From a virus (Duplodnaviria > Caudoviricetes), in IMG/VR virus record IMGVR_UViG_3300037420_000470, positions 23,298-87,297 of that record: 64,000 nt of DNA, one strand, 5' to 3'. The position numbers and the translations under genes were made by a program. The notes beneath the pieces are model-generated. The model saw only the letters and a list, made by a program, of their open reading frames with translations, made no database searches and was not told where the DNA came from. This document shows, one piece after another, positions 40,129 through 48,027 of the stretch. Positions within the stretch are counted from its first letter, which is position 1. Each line of letters starts with the position of its first letter.

Positions 40129-40505
40129 TAGGCTATGCTACGGATGGTCGTAAAATCGACAACTGGCCTATTTTTACGTTGTTCTTCCTCTTCATCTTGT
40201 GAGAGGGGAACTAGTTTCGTCTGCGGTTGACGATTTAATTTAATCTCTGCTATCATCCGTTGCATCTGGTCATTAGACATGGCTTTCTTAACGTCAATGT
40301 CAAATTCCAGTAGTTTTGATGCAGCTTGCATCCTAACTTTTTCGTCTGAACTGGCAAGGAGGGTAACAAGAACATCAATAGCCTCTTTTGAGACTTTGGA
40401 AAGTTCTTTAGAGAGTTTGTCTAACTTTACTTTGTCGTTGAGGAAACTAGGATTTTCCTCTTTCGTAACTACGGAAACTGACACAGAGCCGTTATTTTGA
40501 GTCAT
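40128..40505 (-). CDS. candidate terminase small subunit
   Basis: first gene of the packaging operon; AIDVLVTLLASSDEKVRMQAASKLL helical motif; function from position only. Confidence 0.4.
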   Translation of the reverse strand: MTQNNGSVSVSVVTKEENPSFLNDKVKLDKLSKELSKVSKEAIDVLVTLLASSDEKVRMQAASKLLEFDIDVKKAMSNDQMQRMIAEIKLNRQPQTKLVPLSQDEEEEQRKNRPVVDFTTIRSIA

Positions 40506-40530
40506 TTTTGGCTCCTTTTCTAATATGTGT

Positions 40531-40559
40531 ATATTATCATACTTTCCTAGATTTGTCAA
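40531..40559 (-). promoter_or_regulatory. sigma70-like promoter of the packaging/structural operon
   Basis: TTGACA-N17-TAATAT. Confidence 0.7.
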
Positions 40560-40583
40560 TACCCCAATTATCAAACTAACAAT

Positions 40584-40601
40584 TTTCTCATAAATGAGAA
40601 A
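40584..40601. promoter_or_regulatory. 18-bp palindrome (copy 4) between divergent operons
   Basis: TTTCTCATAAATGAGAAA, 6 bp before a TTGACA at 40608. Confidence 0.65.
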
Positions 40602-40681
40602 TTCTTCTTGACAAGATGCTTGATAATTGTCAACATACGCTCATCTCAACACACCGTTGAGACATTAACCAAGGAGAACTT

Positions 40682-41464
40682 TTGAATACTAATGCTGTAA
40701 CCACGAACGTAGTAGCACAACATACTAATGTTGCAACAATGACAAGTTTGGAACTTGTGGACTTTATTAATGACCTGAGAAAGAACGAAAGCGGTTATGT
40801 CCTTCTACGGCATGATCACTTCATGGCTAAGGTAGAGAAAGTGCTTGGAAAAGATGCTCCCAAATTTTTGGGAACATCTCTGTACAAGGGAAATGGATCA
40901 GCAATGCTTGAACGAAAAATCTATAATTTCCCTAAGCGTGAAGCAACCCTAATGGCAATGTCGTACAGCCATGAAATATCTGCCCAAGTATATGACCGCA
41001 TGGAAGCGTTGGAAAAGGAAATTCAAGGTAATGTTACACAGTTTCAAGTTCCAAAATCTTTCCATGAGGCATTACTTCTAGCAGCAAACCAACAGAAACA
41101 GATTGAAGATCAGCAACTAGAAATTGCAGAAAAACAACAGGCACTTACTCTTGCAGCACCGAAAGTGAAGTTTCATGATAATTTTGTGAAAGGGAACAAC
41201 ACGTACAACGCAACTGCTATTGCAAAGAAACTTGGTGTATCAGCTTACACTTTGAATAGTTGGCTTGTGGCTCAAGGGGCTATGTACCAAAATAGGAAAC
41301 ACTTGAGGCAGTGGTATATTGATCAAGGGTATGGTGTTGAGAAGTTTGTTGATGCAGGAGAGTACGCAGGAATCTACCAGCAAGTAAGGCATACTAGCGC
41401 AGGTGCAAATTGGATTCTGCAAAACTTTGATGTAAATTGGAGAGGTAATGCTAAAGTGGCTTAA
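40682..41464 (+). CDS. Rha-family regulator with KilAC-like antirepressor C-terminus
   Basis: MTSLELVDFIN...HDHFMAKV...FPKREA.LMAMSYS; VPKSFHEAL..AA; APKVKFHD. Confidence 0.85.
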   Translation: MNTNAVTTNVVAQHTNVATMTSLELVDFINDLRKNESGYVLLRHDHFMAKVEKVLGKDAPKFLGTSLYKGNGSAMLERKIYNFPKREATLMAMSYSHEISAQVYDRMEALEKEIQGNVTQFQVPKSFHEALLLAANQQKQIEDQQLEIAEKQQALTLAAPKVKFHDNFVKGNNTYNATAIAKKLGVSAYTLNSWLVAQGAMYQNRKHLRQWYIDQGYGVEKFVDAGEYAGIYQQVRHTSAGANWILQNFDVNWRGNAKVA

Positions 41465-41572
41465 ATATTACTTAATCGTCATGCAAAGCACAATCACTGG
41501 TAAAAGTGTAGTAAATTTCCTTGGAAGCACCTACGCAGTAGCCAGTAACGTTGTAAGGAGAATACGTTAAAT

Positions 41573-41755
41573 ATGGAAGTAATGATTTATTGTAGACCGT
41601 ATGAGGGTACATTCTTAATAAAGTTTCAAGCAGTACCAGACCCTAGATTCACCTTGGCTGATTATTTTCAATCAGTGGAAGATGAGCTAAAGAAAGCGAA
41701 TATCGGATACCAAAAACCTTTTATGGCCCTGATTCAAGGGGGTAAAGGTGTCTGA
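41573..41755 (+). CDS. hypothetical protein
   Basis: 60 aa in operon. Confidence 0.5.
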   Translation: MEVMIYCRPYEGTFLIKFQAVPDPRFTLADYFQSVEDELKKANIGYQKPFMALIQGGKGV

Positions 41756-41852
41756 AGACGAGCATATTGATATAAATGAATGGCTAGACCGTAAATACAA
41801 GGAAGAGCAATACGACGAACTATTTTATGAAGGAGAAAATGAGGACGATTAA
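41748..41852 (+). CDS. acidic 34-aa peptide (not in ORF track)
   Basis: GTG start behind AGGGGG; MSEDEHIDINEWLDRKYKEEQYDELFYEGENEDD. Confidence 0.45.
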   Translation: MSEDEHIDINEWLDRKYKEEQYDELFYEGENEDD

Positions 41853-42132
41853 AGTTTTTCCAGACTATTGCAGTTCTGGATTATGGGAAGATGGTGCAAA
41901 CATTGATAAAAGCGAATTTGACGGTATGGTGCCTGAAACAGCACTAATAGCTTTGAAGTATTGGCACTGGATTTGGGAAGTGTGTCAAGACGATGATTAC
42001 AACTTAACGTTCAGTCCACGTTGGCACAGACAATGGTGGGAAGATGGTAAAGACATAATCGACTGTTTGAACCGCCACACTGAACACTTTCACGATATAC
42101 AATTTATATACGATGTAAAGGAGCCTGAATAA
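41839..42132 (+). CDS. hypothetical protein
   Basis: MRTIKVFPDYCSSGLW; RBS GGAG. Confidence 0.65.
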   Translation: MRTIKVFPDYCSSGLWEDGANIDKSEFDGMVPETALIALKYWHWIWEVCQDDDYNLTFSPRWHRQWWEDGKDIIDCLNRHTEHFHDIQFIYDVKEPE

Positions 42133-42401
42133 TGAGTGAACAATTTATAAAGCAACACACCGTAGTTTTGTGCCGTTCTTTGGCTGAATTTGTTTATACA
42201 ATTGATGAATATCGCCAAGCTGGATGGTTATTTGACCCTGATATGCCTCCTGTGGAATTTGCTTTTCAGTATGAGTGTGGCATGATACGAGAAGTTACAG
42301 AAGAACAGATTGAGCAGGAGAATAAGCCTAGCAGGGCAGACATTTTGGCTAAAGCTAGGGCAGCAAAGGCAGCGAAAGCAAGGGAGACAGCTAGTGTCTA
42401 A
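42132..42401 (+). CDS. hypothetical protein
   Basis: 89 aa ending SRADILAKARAAKAAK. Confidence 0.65.
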   Translation: MSEQFIKQHTVVLCRSLAEFVYTIDEYRQAGWLFDPDMPPVEFAFQYECGMIREVTEEQIEQENKPSRADILAKARAAKAAKARETASV

Positions 42402-42594
42402 ATCCGTAGCACAATTGAAACAACGTGTTGTCGAAGCAGAAGCCAAAGTACAATACCTAGAGAGCCTTTTAGACTCTTTTTGGACAGGGGATGTTCCTGA
42501 TGGTGCCACTTTTAACCATATGATTCTTGCAAAATGGGGTAGGAAACGCTTAGAAGAGAAAGCTAAACAACCTGCTTTACTTGTTAGCAAATAG
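42394..42594 (+). CDS. hypothetical protein
   Basis: GTG start behind GGAG, within track ORF 42310-42594. Confidence 0.55.
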   Translation: MSKSVAQLKQRVVEAEAKVQYLESLLDSFWTGDVPDGATFNHMILAKWGRKRLEEKAKQPALLVSK

Positions 42595-42603
42595 ACAACA
42601 GAT

Positions 42604-42632
42604 TTGACAAACAGCTAAGTATCATGTAAAAT
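42604..42632 (+). promoter_or_regulatory. sigma70-like promoter of the phoH operon
   Basis: TTGACA-N17-TAAAAT with extended TG. Confidence 0.7.
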
Positions 42633-42685
42633 CGAGATAGGCCCATCTCCATAAGGAATTATCTTAAAGGATTATCCTAGAGGAT

Positions 42686-43510
42686 TTGACATGTAAAATT
42701 TTTAATAAGAGGTACAAATCTGTGAGTAAAAACGCAGTAAGAAATAGGAAAAAAGAAGAACCATCACCGAAAGAGCAGTTTCTAAAATTAGTGCAAGAGC
42801 AGGAATCTTACGAGAAACCACAAGCTACTCCTAAGTTTGAAGCTGCTAATAGTAACCAGAAAACAGCTTTAGCGTACCTCAATGCTGGAAAAGAAGTGGT
42901 GTTTTTAGTTGGTAGTGCAGGAACCGGAAAATCAATGCTGGCTACTTATCGAGCAGCTTGTTTGTTGAAGCAGAAGAAAGTAAACAAGGTTTATCTGGTT
43001 CGCCCTGCTGTCTCTGTAGGTAAGTCGGTAGGTATGCTTCCTGGGGATATTAAAGAGAAGCTTGCCCCTTACTTCATGCAAACTATGGCACACTTAAAGA
43101 ATTTCCTTGGGAATGGGTATATGAATTATGCCCTTGATAAAGGGATGGTTGAAATGTTGCCAGTGGAGTATCTTCGTGGTGTGAGTTTTGAAGATTGCCT
43201 AGTAATTGCTGAAGAAGTGCAAAACTTCAGCAGCGAAGAAATGGAAATGATGCTAACCCGCTTAGGTAAGAATTGCCAAATTATCTTTACTGGTGATCAG
43301 AAACAGCATGACTTAAAAGGTGTAAGTGGTTTGGAGAAGACAATTGCTTTGCTTGATCGTATTTTGTCTACGCAACCAGCTTATATGTCACACGAAGAGT
43401 TGGACACACTTGATGATGGTGTTGGGATTGTCAAATTTACTCCAAACGATGTAGTACGGTCTGGAATAACTAAAGCGTTTGTTAAAGTGTTTTACAATAA
43501 CGAACATTGA
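42686..43510 (+). CDS. phoH: PhoH-family ATPase
   Basis: GSAGTGKS, RPAV, LPGDIKEK, YLRGVSF, EEVQN, LTRLG, GDQKQHD, VVRS. Confidence 0.9.
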   Translation: MTCKIFNKRYKSVSKNAVRNRKKEEPSPKEQFLKLVQEQESYEKPQATPKFEAANSNQKTALAYLNAGKEVVFLVGSAGTGKSMLATYRAACLLKQKKVNKVYLVRPAVSVGKSVGMLPGDIKEKLAPYFMQTMAHLKNFLGNGYMNYALDKGMVEMLPVEYLRGVSFEDCLVIAEEVQNFSSEEMEMMLTRLGKNCQIIFTGDQKQHDLKGVSGLEKTIALLDRILSTQPAYMSHEELDTLDDGVGIVKFTPNDVVRSGITKAFVKVFYNNEH

Positions 43511-43524
43511 TATAAGGAACTAGC

Positions 43525-44271
43525 ATGTTAAATTTAAAAGCTATTCACGAACAAGATAACTCTGTTCGTATAAACAAAGAGGGTAATGCTCGTGCTGGTT
43601 ATCCGTATTACTACACGAATGAATTCCAAGTGTCATATACACCTATTCGTTCAGGTATTTTCAATATTTACTTGTTCGGAATTATTGAAGATGCAAGTCA
43701 GTTTGTTTCAGCTATTGAAGTGCTAAATACTGCTTCTGAGAATGATGCGGTATATATCCACCTATCTACTCCTGGTGGAAGTATCGAAGCTGCGGATACA
43801 TTCATAGATGCTATGCGCAATTGTGAAGGTAGAGTGGTGGTGAAAGCATCAGGAGGTTGCCATTCTGCAGGAACCATTATTCTGATTAATTCCGACGAGT
43901 TCATTCTGTCAGAGAACTTTCATGCACTCTTGCACAATGGCAGTACAGGTAGTGGTGGTAAATTCTCTGACTGGAAAGCGGAAGTAAGGCACACAGAAAA
44001 GTATATGGAATCTATTCTGCGTAAAACTTACGAAGGATTTCTTACAGCAGAGGAAATTGAGCAATTAATTGAAGGCAGGGATTTCTGGCTTGATGCTCAA
44101 CAATTCTGCGAACGTTATGAAAACCGTAATGAAATGATTCGTGGTAAAATGGCAGAAGTGCAAGCAGATTTTATGCAAGCCATTGGTCTTGGTCAACCTG
44201 AAGAGAAGGCTGCAAAGCCTAAGCGTAAGAAAGCACCTAAAGCTGAAAACATAGAGTTTATTGAAGCCTAA
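43525..44271 (+). CDS. ClpP-like protease
   Basis: LSTPGGS...CHSAGTII...LLH. Confidence 0.75.
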   Translation: MLNLKAIHEQDNSVRINKEGNARAGYPYYYTNEFQVSYTPIRSGIFNIYLFGIIEDASQFVSAIEVLNTASENDAVYIHLSTPGGSIEAADTFIDAMRNCEGRVVVKASGGCHSAGTIILINSDEFILSENFHALLHNGSTGSGGKFSDWKAEVRHTEKYMESILRKTYEGFLTAEEIEQLIEGRDFWLDAQQFCERYENRNEMIRGKMAEVQADFMQAIGLGQPEEKAAKPKRKKAPKAENIEFIEA

Positions 44272-44275
44272 CCTA

Positions 44276-44306
44276 GCCCGTGTCCGAAAAGGGCATGGGC
44301 ATTTTT
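44276..44306 (+). terminator. intrinsic terminator
   Basis: GCCCGTGTCC-GAAAA-GGGCATGGGC then TTTTT. Confidence 0.7.
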
Positions 44307-44330
44307 GTTTGTCAAGGAGAAAATGAAAGA

Positions 44331-44501
44331 GTGAGTAATATTAAACGTGCTGGAACATTGACACTATACGAGATGCCATATGGTGCAGAGATACAGGATG
44401 ATTCTGGTTATATTATTGTATCTAGTGTTGAAGAAGCCGAAATGGTGATTGAAAGTTTAACTAGAATGATTAAGGTGTGGAAGGATAGAGATGAAACTTA
44501 A
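44331..44501 (+). CDS. hypothetical protein
   Basis: 3' part of track ORF 44280-44501. Confidence 0.5.
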   Translation: MSNIKRAGTLTLYEMPYGAEIQDDSGYIIVSSVEEAEMVIESLTRMIKVWKDRDET

Positions 44502-44721
44502 AATTTTAGATGTTGATTCCTTATGCAAATATGACATACACCCATATGATCACCATATATGCCAAGACGAAGACGGTGAAGAGTATCGTATTGATTTAAT
44601 GGTGGATGGTGGCTTCAGTGATGACTTTGACCCTAAAAGTTTAATTGGTAAAACTGTAGAGATTAGTGACATGCACACATATCTATACATCGCTCATAAC
44701 GTGAGGGTAATAGATGAGTAA
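44491..44721 (+). CDS. hypothetical protein
   Basis: 76 aa in operon. Confidence 0.6.
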   Translation: MKLKILDVDSLCKYDIHPYDHHICQDEDGEEYRIDLMVDGGFSDDFDPKSLIGKTVEISDMHTYLYIAHNVRVIDE

Positions 44722-45277
44722 TACATTTCTGATATCAGACACCCACTTTGGTCATGTAGGTTGCACTAAGTTCATGAATGACGATGGAACCAAGATGAGG
44801 CCATGGGATGACGTTCATGAAATGGATGAAGCTCTTGTAGCCAATTGGAACAGTGTTGTAAGACCACAAGACAAGGTATATCACCTTGGGGATGTTGTAA
44901 TCAACCGTAAGGCTCTAAAGACCCTAGAAAGACTTAACGGTGATAAAGTTCTTATTCGCGGTAATCATGACATCTTTAAGCTAGGAGAATATACACAATA
45001 TTTTAGGGATGTTCGTGGTGTGCATGTGTTGGATAAATTTATTCTGTCACATATCCCGCTACATCCTAGCAGCATTGGACGTTGGACAGCGAATATTCAT
45101 GGGCATTTGCACAGCTATAGAGTAAAGGCAGAATGCCTTGTGTATAAAGACGGTGAGATATTTACAAAGGTTGATACTATTGATTCACGCTACTTCTCTG
45201 TATGTGTAGAACAAATCAATTACACACCTATCCCACTCGAAACAGTGAAACAATTAATTAAGGAGCAGCAACAATGA
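44714..45277 (+). CDS. calcineurin-like metallophosphoesterase
   Basis: SDTHFGH, YHLGD, RGNHD, SHIP, HGHLH. Confidence 0.85.
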   Translation: MSNTFLISDTHFGHVGCTKFMNDDGTKMRPWDDVHEMDEALVANWNSVVRPQDKVYHLGDVVINRKALKTLERLNGDKVLIRGNHDIFKLGEYTQYFRDVRGVHVLDKFILSHIPLHPSSIGRWTANIHGHLHSYRVKAECLVYKDGEIFTKVDTIDSRYFSVCVEQINYTPIPLETVKQLIKEQQQ

Positions 45278-45453
45278 AGAAGTATTTAGCAGCAATAGCA
45301 CTAGCTCTCACCCTCTCCGCTTGTGGAGGAAGTTCAGAAACTACTGTAGAACAGCCTACAGTGATGCCTGAGCCGATTATAGTAGTGGAGGAACAACATG
45401 CACTAGTATGTAGCGAACAAGGCAATTGCCATCATGACAAGGAGAAGAAATGA
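45274..45453 (+). CDS. 59-aa lipoprotein (not in ORF track)
   Basis: MKKYLAAIALALTLSA-C lipobox; ATGA overlaps at both ends; RBS AGGAG. Confidence 0.7.
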   Translation: MKKYLAAIALALTLSACGGSSETTVEQPTVMPEPIIVVEEQHALVCSEQGNCHHDKEKK

Positions 45454-45710
45454 GATTGTCAGTAATAGATGGTGATCCTGGTTACGCTCCTTACAACCTA
45501 ATCAAAGATAAAGGTTCTGTGAAAATCTTTCTTGATGATGAGGAATTACGTTTGTGCTATACAGCAGATGAAGAACTTGGCATGGTAGTGAAGACAGTGG
45601 TAGACGATAAAGGAAACATTGTACTAACACCAGACGGATATGAAGTTGCTGCTGAAGTGTTGTATGGTGATGTTAGGATTATTGTAGGAGAGCAGAATGA
45701 GTTGGAATAA
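45450..45710 (+). CDS. hypothetical protein
   Basis: 86 aa, RBS GGAG. Confidence 0.65.
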   Translation: MRLSVIDGDPGYAPYNLIKDKGSVKIFLDDEELRLCYTADEELGMVVKTVVDDKGNIVLTPDGYEVAAEVLYGDVRIIVGEQNELE

Positions 45711-45821
45711 TATTATCCCTTGGCAATGGCTTGCTCAAAAGATAGTGTATTGGCAAGCAAGACAATGTTGTGCTTTTGAAGATGAAGTGCATGTAACAGA
45801 GCTAAGGGAGGATTGGCTTTA

Positions 45822-46004
45822 ATGACAACAGTTAAAGAATTAAAAGAATTTCTAGAAACCTTACCAGAAGATATGTCTGTAGAAGTGCTTGAGGAATATG
45901 CTAGTGGTTGGGAAGTGAGTACACGATGGGTAAGTCTAGAATTAGACACGTATTGTAGTAATTGTTGTGTTTACGGTGGAGCACTGTACATAGGAGAGAC
46001 ATGA
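45822..46004 (+). CDS. hypothetical protein
   Basis: MTTVKELKEFLETLPEDMSV, a common phage motif. Confidence 0.6.
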   Translation: MTTVKELKEFLETLPEDMSVEVLEEYASGWEVSTRWVSLELDTYCSNCCVYGGALYIGET

Positions 46005-46103
46005 AAACCATCATTACTGGAAGCAGGGATATTACAGACTATGACATTGTAAGGAATGCTGTAATTGAATCTGGTTACTGGAAAGTGTGGTGAAAACTGA
46101 TTT

Positions 46104-46139
46104 AAAATAAAAGCCCCTTTATAGGGGCTTATTTTATTC
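46104..46139. terminator. bidirectional terminator
   Basis: A-tract, AAGCCCCT-TTAT-AGGGGCTT, T-tract, between convergent operons. Confidence 0.75.
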
Positions 46140-46616
46140 AATAACGATACGTAATCTTCCTGTCTGTTGGTTCTTCCCAACAATCACTGTCAACCCATCC
46201 ACCACTAGCTCAATCTCCCTACTAACCTTTACAGGGTGCTTTACAGGTTGTGTAGCATCCACTTCCTGTGCTGGTGGAATGTAGGCAGGAGCAGGGGTTC
46301 TAGGTCTAAGACTGGCAAGGTCCATAGAAGTCTTATCCATATCCCGCCAATAAAACCCTACTCGATACTTCTTATCCCCTGTTTGGCTAGAAGGCACAGT
46401 GACTTTGACAATAAGATTATTCTCATGCAGAGTTCTAAGCTTATCCCTTATCTGTATTTCATTCTTAGCCACTTCCTTTACAGCAGGGTTTTCCCACACA
46501 TCCCTAATTGTAGCAGGGCTTTGGGTTCTCGCAGCTTCCTTCAACACTTCTTCCATGCGATGAAACAGAAGCATTTGTTGTTGAATCGCAGTTGTTTGTT
46601 GGTTGTTTGTAGCCAT
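46134..46616 (-). CDS. hypothetical protein, possible winged-helix N-terminus
   Basis: TIRDVW...IRDKLRTLHENNLIVKV. Confidence 0.6.
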   Translation of the reverse strand: MATNNQQTTAIQQQMLLFHRMEEVLKEAARTQSPATIRDVWENPAVKEVAKNEIQIRDKLRTLHENNLIVKVTVPSSQTGDKKYRVGFYWRDMDKTSMDLASLRPRTPAPAYIPPAQEVDATQPVKHPVKVSREIELVVDGLTVIVGKNQQTGRLRIVIE

Positions 46617-46617
46617 G

Positions 46618-46863
46618 CTATGCTCCTTTCTTCGGCTTGGTCTTCATCGTAAAAGTGACGATACATTGCATCAGCTTCTTCTGCTCGTCTGTGGTGAGGT
46701 TGAATTCATGAGCCACTTCAGAGACATATTGCCCAACCAGTGTAAATGGCATGCTAGGTTCAAGAGCCAGCGCCTTACTAGCTATCCTAGCAATCTTTTC
46801 AATGAAATCATCCTTGTCCATGTTGATTCTTGATCCGTTTCCATATTTATACCGAGTAACCAT
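46618..46863 (-). CDS. hypothetical protein
   Basis: RBS GGAG; coupled to downstream gene. Confidence 0.6.
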   Translation of the reverse strand: MVTRYKYGNGSRINMDKDDFIEKIARIASKALALEPSMPFTLVGQYVSEVAHEFNLTTDEQKKLMQCIVTFTMKTKPKKGA

Positions 46864-46917
46864 AATCACTCCTTAGAAGAAAGTTATTACAACTAGGGCT
46901 ATAGCGAAATACGGAAG

Positions 46918-47172
46918 CTATAGCTTTATCATCAACAACTTCTCATTCGTCAAATGCTCTAAAAACTCAATATGCGTATAGCCAGTGGCTTTGATGGCTA
47001 TTTCATCCTGCATAGTGCAATAAGGACCACCAGCAGTTCCAGGAACTACGATTTTAAAATCCAATCCCTTTAACCAATCCGTTAATGCTGTTTCCCACTT
47101 ATGGTAATCCCTCCCATAAGCACCAGCAACAGATAAGATCATCTCATCCTCCTTGTCCGTTAAATCGTACAA
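46918..47172 (-). CDS. hypothetical protein
   Basis: 84 aa, TTG start. Confidence 0.55.
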   Translation of the reverse strand: MYDLTDKEDEMILSVAGAYGRDYHKWETALTDWLKGLDFKIVVPGTAGGPYCTMQDEIAIKATGYTHIEFLEHLTNEKLLMIKL

Positions 47173-47202
47173 TAAGCCTTATAATGTCCATTTTAACGGA
47201 CA

Positions 47203-47847
47203 TTAAGCAGCTTTCCTATTGTATTGCTCTTGCCTTACATTCCATTCTTGTTCATATTCTTCCATCTTCCCTTCCCAAGATTTGAGATTCCTATGAATCG
47301 TATTCCTGGGAATGTTGTACAACGCTTGCAACTTCTCATACGACAAACCTTCTGCTTTCTTTTCCATCAATTCTTTCAGCATAGCAGGGGCGATTGTTAA
47401 AGGAGCACCAAGTTTAGTTCCTTGTGCTTTGGTGCGGTCTAGGCCAGCCTTAGTACGCTCAATCAACAAATTCTTTTCCATCTCAGCCATAGCAGCCATC
47501 ATCGTAACCAACATCTTTCCAGTGCTAGAGGTAAGGTCAGTTCCATCGAATTGCATCACTCTCAGACGGATACCCAACTTCTTAAAATCCTCTACAACCG
47601 ACAATACATCAATCGCATTCCTACCCAACCTATCAACTGCAGTGACGATTACAGTGTCTCCTGCTTTAGCCCTAGACATCATGTATTTAAACGCTGTACG
47701 CTCACAAGCTTTAATGGAGCCAGAAATACCATCTTCTGAAATATATTCATCAACGGTAAATCCTGCATCAGCGATCAGCTTACGTTGGTTCTCAGTGGTT
47801 TGATCATGCGTTGTGGTGGAGACACGGATGTATGCGAATGTTGTCAT
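47203..47847 (-). CDS. small serine recombinase (resolvase/invertase)
   Basis: YIRVST (catalytic Ser), DRLGRN, MAAMAEMEK..ERT..GL...G..LG, C-terminal HTH. Confidence 0.92.
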   Translation of the reverse strand: MTTFAYIRVSTTTHDQTTENQRKLIADAGFTVDEYISEDGISGSIKACERTAFKYMMSRAKAGDTVIVTAVDRLGRNAIDVLSVVEDFKKLGIRLRVMQFDGTDLTSSTGKMLVTMMAAMAEMEKNLLIERTKAGLDRTKAQGTKLGAPLTIAPAMLKELMEKKAEGLSYEKLQALYNIPRNTIHRNLKSWEGKMEEYEQEWNVRQEQYNRKAA

Positions 47848-47880
47848 TTAATTCCCCTACAAGTGATTGAACATGTAGCT

Positions 47881-47993
47881 AGTGTAGAGGCATATCCCAT
47901 TAGTGTCAATAACTTTATGGGAAAATATTCTAATTTGTTTGATATTGCTCAAACACCAGAGCATATTGCTCAAACACTCTTTCTTTGCTACAA
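47881..47993. promoter_or_regulatory. divergent promoters with res-like repeats
   Basis: TTGACA-N17-TACACT (-) and TTGCTC-N17-TACAAT (+); ATATTGCTCAAACAC twice, 21 bp apart. Confidence 0.6.
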
Positions 47994-48027
47994 TGCTAAT
48001 GCAATTTTGCACAACATAGGAGAATGA

